Source: Candidatus Woesearchaeota archaeon (GTDB lineage Archaea > Nanobdellota > Nanobdellia > SCGC-AAA011-G17 > JAGVZH01). From it: a stretch of 32,015 nt of DNA. Position numbers and translations under genes: made by a program. A model generated the notes under the pieces. It ran no database searches and was not told the origin of the DNA. It worked only from the letters and a program-made list of their open reading frames with translations. Location of the stretch: positions 1 to 32,015 of the forward strand of contig JAGVZH010000010.1 in assembly GCA_018302745.1 (NCBI GenBank). Direction: 5' to 3'. Below are positions 1 through 8,414 of the stretch, piece after piece; positions within the stretch are counted from its first letter, which is position 1, and every line of letters starts with the position of its first letter.

Positions 1-2
1 AC

Positions 3-836
3 AGATTTACAATAACTCCAAGCAGCTTAGCTTGCGGAGAGTCAATAAGCGTTCTTGTAGACATTGAAAATGCAGGAAAGAAAGATGAAGATGATGTAAC
101 AGTAAGACTATTACAATCAACTCTTGGACTAGACTTAAAATCAGAGAAGTTTGATTTGGAGAACTTTGACGAGTCAGATAATGATGCAACAGCCAGGTTT
201 ACATTTGCAATACCGACAACAGTTTCTGTTGGAACTTATCCAATAGAAGCTATTGTAAATTTTGACGGCGGAAAACAGACTAACAGTGATTTTGAGGATG
301 TTATTATTGCAAGCTGTAATGGAGAAACTCTTACAGCAACTGTAGCAACTACTTCTACATCAACATCAAGCGGAGTTTCAGCAGATTTGAACTTAGTTTC
401 AAGTTCTAGCGGAGAAATATCTGGATCAGAAGGAAGCAAGACAACATTTACAGTAGACGGAGTTAATACACATACAGTGACTTTTGGGCTTATTGGAACA
501 CAGTCTGCTACTTTGACTGTTGCTTCAACACCATCAACATTTACGTTGGATGTTGGAGATTCAAGAAGTATAGACTTAAACAGTGATGGAAGGGATGATG
601 CAAGATTCACATTAAATACTGTTATTGCAGGAGTAGCTACTGTTAAGGTTGAAAGATTAAGCGGAGCAAGCTTTTTATCAACTACATCAGGAGATTTTAT
701 CCCTGTTGGAATATGGAGCCAAATATGGTCTACATTAAGCAAGCCTTCAACAATATTCTGGATAATTGTTGATTTAATATTATTAGTAGTGGCAATATTT
801 TTGATAAAAGTATTGTTTACAAAGCCTAAGAAGTAG
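3..836 (+). CDS. S-layer-like / CARDB-type surface protein, 5' truncated by the window edge, with a C-terminal TM anchor
   Basis: The frame of ORF 156..836 stays open back to base 3 (RFTITPSSLACGESISVLVDIENAGKKDEDDV...), resembling a segment of the next gene (FTISPSLVSCGENFEVYVRVENFGSDDQDDV). Ser/Thr-rich linker, C-terminal hydrophobic helix, basic tail. Confidence 0.75.
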   Translation, partial: RFTITPSSLACGESISVLVDIENAGKKDEDDVTVRLLQSTLGLDLKSEKFDLENFDESDNDATARFTFAIPTTVSVGTYPIEAIVNFDGGKQTNSDFEDVIIASCNGETLTATVATTSTSTSSGVSADLNLVSSSSGEISGSEGSKTTFTVDGVNTHTVTFGLIGTQSATLTVASTPSTFTLDVGDSRSIDLNSDGRDDARFTLNTVIAGVATVKVERLSGASFLSTTSGDFIPVGIWSQIWSTLSKPSTIFWIIVDLILLVVAIFLIKVLFTKPKK

Positions 837-858
837 CTATTTTAAAGTGGTTAATTAA

Positions 859-873
859 CGAAAGGTTTATAAA
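859..873 (+). promoter_or_regulatory. Archaeal BRE/TATA promoter of the second surface-protein gene
   Basis: CGAAAGG-TTTATAAA about 50 nt upstream of ATG 925; GAGGT RBS-like motifs lie between them. Confidence 0.6.
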
Positions 874-924
874 CACTTTTTGTTTTTTATTTTATGTTAG
901 AGGTGATTCTTTTGAGGTTAAATA

Positions 925-2505
925 ATGAATAAAAATATATTCATAGGATTGATAGCATTCCTTATTTTAGCATTTAGTGTAAATGCTATAAGCTCTGTTA
1001 CTTTAAATCTGCCTTTAAACAATAGTATTCAAAGCGGAAACGTTTTATTATTAGCTACTGTTGGAAATTCAGACAACAACACAAATGTAACCTTTTTCTT
1101 TAACAATAATGTTATTGGAACTAACTCAACTGGAAATGGCACTTATAGCTTTTTATGGCCTTCTACAACAGCAAGCGATGGAATTTATAATATTACAGCC
1201 CAGGCTAATAATGGAACTACAAACTTAACCTCATCACCTGTTAGTATTACTGTTAATAATACTGGAATAACCACAACAGTTAATGTTCCTCCGGTTTTAT
1301 GCAGCAATGTCGGAGATTTAAGAATAAATGACTTTGATTTTGATGATAAACTGCTTCCTGGAGAGGATATTGTTGCTGATGTAGAAGTTGAAAACATTGG
1401 AAATGATGACATTGATGATGTTAAGATTAAATTAATTCTTTATGACAATGATAATAATGTGAATGTTACAACTAAAACATTGAAGAGCTTTGATTTGGAT
1501 GAAGATGAGGAAGTAACAAAGCAGATTACAATGAGCGTCCCCAACAATTTTGATGAGGATGATGATCTAGACCTTTTTGTCTTCGTTTTTGAAGATGGCA
1601 AGCAAAATATAAATTGCGACTCTCAGAAAGATGACATTGAAGTTGACAGGGATGATGAAGATATAAGGATAGAGGATTTCACAATAAGCCCTAGCTTAGT
1701 AAGCTGCGGAGAAAATTTTGAAGTTTATGTAAGGGTTGAAAACTTTGGAAGCGATGATCAGGATGATGTAAAATTAATTGTTAATAGCGCTGATTTGGGT
1801 ATATTAGAGGTTGAATATTTTGATTTAGATGCTTTCGATGGCATAGATGAGGATGTGACAAAAAGATATACATTCTTAGCTCCGAATATCAAGGAAGGAA
1901 GTTACAGCATTGACGTTAGAGTAGACTACGAAGATGGAGGATTAGCTGATTCAAGCTTAGGCAGCATAAAATTAGAGCAGTGCATAGTTGATCCTACCCA
2001 GACAGATGTTTCTATAATCGCATTGCCAACTACAGTTACAGAAGGAAAAGCATTTTCAATTCCTATTGTAGTTAAAAATAATGAAAATAAGGACATCACT
2101 TATGAAGTTGATGTAGCAGGAGACTGGGTTGAATTAAGCTCAAAAGATTCTGCCAAGCTATCTCCCGGACAAGAGCTTACTTTGTTTGTTTCTGGGACTG
2201 TTAAGTCTGGAATTAAGGGAAGCGCTAATGGTGTTGTAAGTGTTAAGGCTAATGGAGAATTAGTAAGAACTCAGCCAATAAGTATAAATGTTAGAGAAGA
2301 TAGGATATTGGAAGATGTTTTAAGCCCAGAGACTACAATATTTTTGGGTGTTGGAATTGCAGCTTTGATTGTTATAATTGTTATAATATTTGTGATGCAT
2401 ATTGCTTCTCAAAAAGCTGCTAAAAAAATAAAGCTGTTAAAACCATCTGACAAGAATTCTAAGAAACCAGAATCTAAGCCTAAAATTAAAGGCAAGAAGA
2501 AATAA
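925..2505 (+). CDS. Putative S-layer/surface glycoprotein (Ig-like and CARDB-like domains)
   Basis: Signal peptide, many N-x-S/T sequons in the N-terminal Ig-like domain, acidic VENIGNDD and VENFGSDD CARDB-like repeats, C-terminal TM helix and Lys-rich tail. Confidence 0.75.
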   Translation: MNKNIFIGLIAFLILAFSVNAISSVTLNLPLNNSIQSGNVLLLATVGNSDNNTNVTFFFNNNVIGTNSTGNGTYSFLWPSTTASDGIYNITAQANNGTTNLTSSPVSITVNNTGITTTVNVPPVLCSNVGDLRINDFDFDDKLLPGEDIVADVEVENIGNDDIDDVKIKLILYDNDNNVNVTTKTLKSFDLDEDEEVTKQITMSVPNNFDEDDDLDLFVFVFEDGKQNINCDSQKDDIEVDRDDEDIRIEDFTISPSLVSCGENFEVYVRVENFGSDDQDDVKLIVNSADLGILEVEYFDLDAFDGIDEDVTKRYTFLAPNIKEGSYSIDVRVDYEDGGLADSSLGSIKLEQCIVDPTQTDVSIIALPTTVTEGKAFSIPIVVKNNENKDITYEVDVAGDWVELSSKDSAKLSPGQELTLFVSGTVKSGIKGSANGVVSVKANGELVRTQPISINVREDRILEDVLSPETTIFLGVGIAALIVIIVIIFVMHIASQKAAKKIKLLKPSDKNSKKPESKPKIKGKKK

Positions 2506-2549
2506 TTTTAGATTTTATTCTTTTATACTAATTTTAAAATATTGATAAA

Positions 2550-2623
2550 AGCGCCGGGCAGGATTCGAACCTGCGGAAAGCCGCTCTGCAGGCGGCCCCA
2601 TTAGACCACTCTGGCACCGACGC
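2550..2623 (-). tRNA. tRNA-Cys(GCA)
   Basis: Cloverleaf: GCGTCGG/CCGGCGC acceptor, GCCGC-CTGCAGA-GCGGC anticodon arm, GTTCGAATC T-loop, U73. No encoded CCA. Confidence 0.95.
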
Positions 2624-2635
2624 AAAAATAAAAAA

Positions 2636-2722
2636 CGGACCTGATGGGATTTGAACCCACGACCTTTAGCTCTCCTCTAAAATTAGAAGACTAACGCTCT
2701 ATCCAGCCTGAGCTACAGGTCC
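2636..2722 (-). tRNA. tRNA-Arg(TCT) with a 12-nt intron (2672..2683) at 37/38
   Basis: GGACCTG/CAGGTCC acceptor; TTAGT-CTTCTA|ATTTTAGAGGAG|A-GCTAA. Intron GAGG pairs with C32-C35, giving a bulge-helix-bulge/loop splice motif. Confidence 0.92.
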
Positions 2723-2809
2723 ATAAATATTTCAATTGATTATTACTTGTAAAACCTTTCTATACAAAGATTTAAATAATAATTTAACTACATTAAAAAG
2801 GGAGATAAG

Positions 2810-3466
2810 ATGGTTGACTACATCAAGTATAAGAGAAAAGCTACTGACGATAAGGAAAAAAATATCTCTATAGCAGCTTCTATTCTCAAAAGGCATTTAA
2901 GAAAGGGAGATATATTAATCATAAAACCCAACTTAACCAACATTAAAGTAAAATTATTTAATCCATCAACCTATTTTATTTCTTTTTTCAGCAAAGGCAT
3001 TACACATTCAGGAATATATGATGGAAAAGGAAATGTATATGATGTAGAGTTTAGATGGGGAAAGCATTTAAGGAAAAGAACATTGAGAGAGCTATTAAGG
3101 GTAAAATACCAATTATTTAAAGGTATTACTGTTTATGCTGTCCAGCCGAAAAAATATAGCAGAGAAAACAGGTATGATGTTGACAGATTTATAACAGACA
3201 TAATCAAGGCTGGAAAAGACATTAATTTTTCAATAAACCAATTTATTTATATGTTATATTTGGGATTTATTAAAGACACTAACTACAAAAATGCACATAA
3301 AATTAAACAGAAATTTAATGAAAAAAAAGCAGTCTGTAGCACCTTTGTCGCACATGTTTTGAAGAAAAGCGGCATAAACTTGGGAAGGAGACCTGTAGTT
3401 ACTTTTTTGCCTTCAACATTTATATTCAGCAGGAATTTTAGGATAAAGAAAAAGGTTAGGATATAA
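2810..3466 (+). CDS. Permuted papain-like NlpC/P60 amidase (YiiX/YebB-like)
   Basis: KGDILI, THSGIY (His) upstream of VCSTFV (Cys) and a C-terminal LPSTF: the His-before-Cys order of the permuted family. Confidence 0.75.
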   Translation: MVDYIKYKRKATDDKEKNISIAASILKRHLRKGDILIIKPNLTNIKVKLFNPSTYFISFFSKGITHSGIYDGKGNVYDVEFRWGKHLRKRTLRELLRVKYQLFKGITVYAVQPKKYSRENRYDVDRFITDIIKAGKDINFSINQFIYMLYLGFIKDTNYKNAHKIKQKFNEKKAVCSTFVAHVLKKSGINLGRRPVVTFLPSTFIFSRNFRIKKKVRI

Positions 3467-3502
3467 AAAGTTTTAAATAGCTAATTCTTTGAATCTGTTA
3501 TT

Positions 3503-6112
3503 ATGGTTAATTTTAGGGAAATAGAAAAGAAGTGGCAAAGGAAGTGGGAAGAATCTAAGGTATTCAAAGTTGATGAGGAAAATAAAACAAAGTTCTATAA
3601 TCTAGAGATGTTTCCATATCCTTCTTCATCAGGGCTACATATGGGGCATGTAAGGAATTATGCTATTGGGGATTCTTATGCAAGATTCAAGAGAATGAAT
3701 GGATTTAATGTTTTATACCCTATGGGTTATGATGCTTTTGGTCTGCCTGCAGAGAATGCAGCTATAAAAAACAAAACTCATCCTAAAGAATATACTGAAA
3801 AAGCGATTTCCGGAATTATGGATCATCAAAAAGAGATTGGGTTAAGCTATGACTGGTCTAGATTAGTAAATACAAGCAGCAAAGAGTATTACAAATGGAA
3901 TCAATGGTTTTTCTTGAAGTTTCTGGAAAATGGCTTAGCTTACAGGAAAAAAGCTCCGATTAACTGGTGCCCAAAATGCCAGACTGTATTAGCCAATGAG
4001 CAGGTTATAAATGGAAAATGCTGGAGATGTGAAAGCAAAGTTGGGATTAAAGACTTAGAGCAGTGGTTCTTGAAAATAACAAAGTATGCTGACGAATTAT
4101 TGGAAAGTATTGAAACTTTAGAAGGGTGGCCAGAAAGAATAAAATTAATGCAGAAAAACTGGATTGGAAAAAGTTTAGGCACATTAGTTAATTTTAAAAT
4201 GATGGATAGTGACTATGAAATTCCTGTTTTCACAACTAGGCCAGACACCTTGCATGGAGTTACATTTTTAGTTTACGCTCCTGAACATACAAAAGTAATG
4301 GAATTAGTAAAAAACACCAAGTATGAAAAAGATGTTCAGGAATTTATTAACAAAGTAGTTTTAGAGGAAAAATTTACAAGAACAGCGGAAGGTAAAGAGA
4401 AAGAAGGCATGTTTATCGGAAAATATGCTCTAAACCCTTTAACTGGAGATGCTGTTCCTATTTACATTGCAAATTTTGTCTTATTAGATTATGGCACAGG
4501 AGCAATAATGGCTGTCCCCGCACATGACCAAAGAGATTTCGAATTTGCAAGGAAATATGACATCCCTATCAAGGTTGTTATTAAGCCGAAAGATAAAGAA
4601 TTAAAAGCAGAAGAGATGAAAAATGCTTTTGTTGAAGAAGGAATTCTAGTCAATTCTGGAAAGTTTGATGGCATGGACAATAAAACTGCAATTCAGGAGA
4701 TTTCAAAGTTTGTTGAAAAAAAAGGATGGGGAAAAATAACAACACAATACAAATTAAGAGACTGGCTTATTTCAAGGCAAAGATACTGGGGGACTCCAAT
4801 TCCTGTAGTTTATTGTGATAAATGCGGAGTTGTTCCTGTTGATGAAAAAGAACTGCCTATATTGCTGCCGGAAGATGTTAAGTTTACAGGGGAAGGAAAT
4901 CCCTTATTATCAAATGAAGGTTTTTTAAAAGCTAAGTGCGGAAAATGCGGCGGAAAAGCAAGAAGAGAGACAGATACAATGGATACTTTTTTTGACTCCA
5001 GCTGGTATTTTTTAAGATACTGCAGCCCTGATTATGAAAAAGGTCCTTTTGACAGGGAAAAAGTAAGCTATTGGATGCCTGTTGACCAGTATATTGGAGG
5101 GGCAGAACATGCTGTTCTGCATCTTTTATACGCCAGATTCTTTACCAAAGTTCTGAGAGATTTAAAAATGCTTGATTTTGACGAGCCTTTTATCAACTTA
5201 TTTAATCAAGGGACTGTTACAAAAGAAGGAAATAAAATGAGCAAGAGCTATGGAAACGTCGTAAGCCAGGATGAGATAGCAGAAAAATATGGGATTGATA
5301 CTGCCAGAGTATTTTTATTGTCAATAGCCAATCCAGGAAGCGACTATGACTGGAGTGATGAAGGAATAGAAGGAAGCTTTAGATTTATCAACAAGATTTA
5401 CAGTTTACTGGATAATCTTGATGGGGAAGAGAATAAAATCATAGACAGCAGATTAAACAGGGTAATAAAGAGTGTTACTGAGCATGTTGAAAGTCTTGAA
5501 TTGAATTTGGCTATAATAGAATTGATGGGATTTGTTAATTATCTGTCTAAAGCAGAAGGAGCTAAAAAAGAAGCAGTTAAAAATTTGGCTTTGATGCTAA
5601 ACCCATTTGCTCCTCATTTAGCAGAGGAAATCTGGGAAAAACTTGGTAATAAAGGTTTTGCCAGTGTAGCAGATTGGCCAAAATACAGCAGTAATAAAAT
5701 AAATTATGAGTTAGAATATTCTGAGAATCTTATAGAGATAGCCTCAAATGACATTAAGAGATTACTAAAGCTTGTAAAAATAGAGCCAAAGAAAGTTACA
5801 TTATTTGTTGCAGAAAAATGGAAGTATGATTTTATGAAAAAAGCTAAGGATGCTATTAGCACTACAAGAGATGTAAAAGATGTCATGAGAAAAGTTATGG
5901 ATAAAGAGCATGCTGCTGAAATAAGCAAGATTATCCCAAAATTAATCAAAGATAACAGCAAAATTCCAAACGTAATACTAGATCAAGATAGAGAATATGA
6001 CATTTTTGTTAATGCAAAAAATCAATTACAAAAGGAGTTTGGTTTAAATTTTGAGATTAAGAAGGATGATTCCAAAGCCTTTCCTGGGAAACCTACATTG
6101 CTGATAGAGTAA
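3503..6112 (+). CDS. leuS: Leucine--tRNA ligase
   Basis: MFPYPS..LHMGH, FTTRPDT and GTGAIMAVPAHDQRD (CP1 editing), LRDWLISRQRYWG, KMSKS. Confidence 0.97.
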   Translation: MVNFREIEKKWQRKWEESKVFKVDEENKTKFYNLEMFPYPSSSGLHMGHVRNYAIGDSYARFKRMNGFNVLYPMGYDAFGLPAENAAIKNKTHPKEYTEKAISGIMDHQKEIGLSYDWSRLVNTSSKEYYKWNQWFFLKFLENGLAYRKKAPINWCPKCQTVLANEQVINGKCWRCESKVGIKDLEQWFLKITKYADELLESIETLEGWPERIKLMQKNWIGKSLGTLVNFKMMDSDYEIPVFTTRPDTLHGVTFLVYAPEHTKVMELVKNTKYEKDVQEFINKVVLEEKFTRTAEGKEKEGMFIGKYALNPLTGDAVPIYIANFVLLDYGTGAIMAVPAHDQRDFEFARKYDIPIKVVIKPKDKELKAEEMKNAFVEEGILVNSGKFDGMDNKTAIQEISKFVEKKGWGKITTQYKLRDWLISRQRYWGTPIPVVYCDKCGVVPVDEKELPILLPEDVKFTGEGNPLLSNEGFLKAKCGKCGGKARRETDTMDTFFDSSWYFLRYCSPDYEKGPFDREKVSYWMPVDQYIGGAEHAVLHLLYARFFTKVLRDLKMLDFDEPFINLFNQGTVTKEGNKMSKSYGNVVSQDEIAEKYGIDTARVFLLSIANPGSDYDWSDEGIEGSFRFINKIYSLLDNLDGEENKIIDSRLNRVIKSVTEHVESLELNLAIIELMGFVNYLSKAEGAKKEAVKNLALMLNPFAPHLAEEIWEKLGNKGFASVADWPKYSSNKINYELEYSENLIEIASNDIKRLLKLVKIEPKKVTLFVAEKWKYDFMKKAKDAISTTRDVKDVMRKVMDKEHAAEISKIIPKLIKDNSKIPNVILDQDREYDIFVNAKNQLQKEFGLNFEIKKDDSKAFPGKPTLLIE

Positions 6113-6165
6113 TAGGTATATTCAAGATTAATAATAGTTTTAAATTGTTCTTACATAAGAAAGAT

Positions 6166-6651
6166 ATGGGAATTTTATTTGGTGAAGAAGAAAAGAAAGC
6201 TTTAGAATATTTTGATGAAGCTGCAAAAATAGCTTTAAATTCTACCTGTCGAAGGGCAAGATGCGGCTCATTAATTGTTAGGAATGATCAAATAATCGGA
6301 ATAGGATATAACAGCCCTCCAAAAGATGAAGAAAGCCAAAGAAGATGTTCTTATTCAAAAGAATCTTATAATAAAAAAGTTACTGATAAAACCTGCTGTA
6401 TGCATGCTGAGCAAAGAGCTGTAATCGATGCATTGATAAATAATTCTGAGAAAATTGAAGGTTCAAGATTATATTTTGTCCGTCTGGATAGAGATAATAA
6501 AATATTAAAGGCTGGTAAGCCTTACTGCACTCACTGCAGCAAATTAGCTTTGGATGTAGGTATTGAGGAATTTGTTTTGTGGCATGATTTAAGGATTGCT
6601 GTTTATTGTACCAAAGAGTATAACAAAATTTCTTTTGAATATGCAGATTAA
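6166..6651 (+). CDS. Zn-dependent dCMP/cytidine deaminase family protein
   Basis: STCRRARCG, GYN, HAE and PYCTHC motifs; ATG 6166 preferred over TTG 6145. Confidence 0.85.
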   Translation: MGILFGEEEKKALEYFDEAAKIALNSTCRRARCGSLIVRNDQIIGIGYNSPPKDEESQRRCSYSKESYNKKVTDKTCCMHAEQRAVIDALINNSEKIEGSRLYFVRLDRDNKILKAGKPYCTHCSKLALDVGIEEFVLWHDLRIAVYCTKEYNKISFEYAD

Positions 6652-6789
6652 GCCAATTTATTTTTATTGGTTTTTTTAGGAAATCTTCGTTAAAATCTTA
6701 GTTTTAATCGTCAGTGTAGTTATTAGAAAGACGCCAGTTAAGAGGTATAATTTTAGTGTAAACATAGTATTAGTATAGACAGTTCAAAA

Positions 6790-6817
6790 ATTGTACATAA
6801 TCGTTGTTATATCTCCA
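6790..6817 (+). other. dif-like Xer recombination site (left)
   Basis: ATTGTACATAA-TCGTTG-TTATATCTCCA: 11-6-11 layout with the inner ATAA/TTAT inverted repeat. Confidence 0.6.
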
Positions 6818-6833
6818 GAGTCAATAGGTGAGA

Positions 6834-6877
6834 GTGCAACAAGGCAAAATCCAAAGGATTTTGAGTTTGTTGAGTAC
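6834..6877. repeat. Imperfect palindrome / REP-like hairpin
   Basis: CAACAA-GG-CAAAATCC-AAA-GGATTTTG-AGT-TTGTTG; perfect 8-bp inner stem plus 6-bp outer stem. Confidence 0.65.
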
Positions 6878-6890
6878 GAAAGTTATAAAA
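6877..6890 (+). promoter_or_regulatory. BRE/TATA promoter of the TA cassette (leaderless)
   Basis: CGAAAG-TTATAAAA ending 22 nt before ATG 6913. Confidence 0.6.
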
Positions 6891-6912
6891 ACATAGATTA
6901 TATCTTAATTCT

Positions 6913-7125
6913 ATGAATATTATTTTTAGTATCCACGCTGAAGAACAGATATAAGAAAGAAAAATAGAGAAGGTGTGGATTGAAGATACTATCAAAACTC
7001 CAGACAGCACTAAACGGAAGAAACCTAATAAATATATTGTAAAAAAGAAACTAAATGGAAGGCCTATAGAAGTGGTTTACATAAGAGAAAAACATATAAA
7101 GGTGGTTACAATATATTGGATATAA
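6913..7125 (+). pseudogene. DUF4258-like (RelE-fold) toxin with a premature stop
   Basis: MNIIFSIHAEEQI*ERKIEKVWIEDTIKTPD...IEVVYIREKHIKVVTIYWI; one in-frame TAA at 6952..6954. Absent from the ORF track. Confidence 0.8.
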
Positions 7126-7126
7126 G

Positions 7127-7333
7127 ATGGAAATAAAATATGATCCAGATGTTGATGCTATGTATATAAGACTTAGAGAGGGGGTCTTTCATCATAATAA
7201 AAAATTAGATGATAATACTATCATTAATTATGATAAGGAAGGCAATGTTTTAGGAATAGAACTTTTATTTGTAAAAGAAAACAACCCCTACCTGCTTCAA
7301 GATATTTCTGTAAAACAAGTAGCTACAGCTTGA
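7127..7333 (+). CDS. DUF2283-family protein (putative antitoxin)
   Basis: IKYDPDVDAMYIRL...YDKEGNVLGIEL signature; starts 1 nt after the toxin frame's stop. Confidence 0.88.
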   Translation: MEIKYDPDVDAMYIRLREGVFHHNKKLDDNTIINYDKEGNVLGIELLFVKENNPYLLQDISVKQVATA

Positions 7334-7347
7334 GGAGTATTCCACAA

Positions 7348-7375
7348 ATTTTACATAATTCATAGTATGTTGTGA
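7348..7375 (+). other. dif-like Xer recombination site (right)
   Basis: ATTTTACATAA-TTCATA-GTATGTTGTGA; left arm 10/11 identical to the left arm at 6790, same orientation. Confidence 0.5.
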
Positions 7376-7459
7376 AATCAGAAAATCATATAAAAAATAA
7401 TTTTTTTCTTCATTCTTATCTCGGCATTATCCTGCATCATGTGGAGTAGAGCTTAACTA

Positions 7460-8404
7460 TTAAACCCATTCTTTTTTCTTAAAGAAAAAAAGCATCAGCA
7501 CTACACCAACAATCATTATTCCAAGTAAAATCCAGAATCCTTGAGGGTGATCTCTTAACGGCAAAACTAAATTCATGCCATAAGCGCCAGCAATTAAAGT
7601 GGGCAGCAATATCAAAGAAGCAATAACTGTAAATGACTTCATTATTTCATTTAAGTCATTTGACTGCTTTGTCAGATATGCATCTACAACACCAGTTAAC
7701 CTTTCATGATACAGATTGTTCTCATCTATTAATTGTATAATATCATTATGAAGCTGATGAATCATTTCCCTATCTGTTGGCTGAAATATTTTTTCCAGAT
7801 CATTTAAAGCGTCTCTGTTTGCATGCAATGCTTGTCTGGAATAGATTACAACCTTTTTAACGGCAAAAATTTCCTGCATTATATTTGCTTTAGTTTTTTT
7901 GAATATTTTTTCTTCTAACTTGTCTAATTCATCATCTATTTCATCAAATAACTTAAAATATTCTCTTCCTATTTCTTCTGTAATCTGATGTAAGAGGTAA
8001 TTAATTCCGTTTTTTACTATATTTGTTGGTGTTTCAGCCAAAGTTATTGACTGGATGTTATTTAGAGATGTGATAGAAGATTTATGGACAGTTACTATAT
8101 AATTCTTAGTCAAGAAAATGCCCAGAGTTACAACCTTATTTTTTTCTGAAATTCCTTTATACAGAATTAATGTATAGTTATTTCTTTGTATTATTGCTGA
8201 TCTTGAGCTGTTATCTAGGCATTTTTTTAAATCGACAATTAAAAAATTTAAATTCTTTGCCATATCCCTTAAATCATCTTCAGAAGGCTCTAGAAAATCT
8301 ACCCAGTATAGGGTTTTTTGAGCGACTTTTGACTCTGTAATATTCGCTTTTGAGAAATCTAATGTCCTTGCCTTTTCTTTTGTGTATTCTATAGTTTTAA
8401 TCAT
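7460..8404 (-). CDS. corA: CorA Mg2+/Co2+ transporter
   Basis: YWVDF, LNEIMKSFT, AGAYGMN motif, two C-terminal TM helices, FFFKKKEWV end. Confidence 0.93.
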   Translation of the reverse strand: MIKTIEYTKEKARTLDFSKANITESKVAQKTLYWVDFLEPSEDDLRDMAKNLNFLIVDLKKCLDNSSRSAIIQRNNYTLILYKGISEKNKVVTLGIFLTKNYIVTVHKSSITSLNNIQSITLAETPTNIVKNGINYLLHQITEEIGREYFKLFDEIDDELDKLEEKIFKKTKANIMQEIFAVKKVVIYSRQALHANRDALNDLEKIFQPTDREMIHQLHNDIIQLIDENNLYHERLTGVVDAYLTKQSNDLNEIMKSFTVIASLILLPTLIAGAYGMNLVLPLRDHPQGFWILLGIMIVGVVLMLFFFKKKEWV

Positions 8405-8414
8405 CTAACCTCTT

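Noticed and set aside
850-860. Palindrome GTTAATTAAC(G) containing the suf operator half-site
   Set aside because: The half-sites overlap in the opposite arrangement; plausible by chance at this AT content.
6676-6765. 29-aa hydrophobic minus-strand ORF as a type I toxin
   Set aside because: Short hydrophobic ORFs arise readily in AT-rich DNA; no clear promoter or antisense partner.
6755-6783. A third dif-like site (AAACATAG-TATTA-GTATAGAC)
   Set aside because: The spacer would be 5 bp and the arms are degenerate.
6834-6875. Integron attC site (AAC...GTTRRRY ends around a hairpin)
   Set aside because: Only 42 bp, shorter than known attC sites; no clear extrahelical bases; single copy, upstream of the genes; no integrase in the window.
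6952-6954. TAA reassignment or read-through
   Set aside because: TAA ends many conserved genes here at the expected positions (leuS, rpl15e, proS), and the alaS break is a frame change rather than an in-frame stop.
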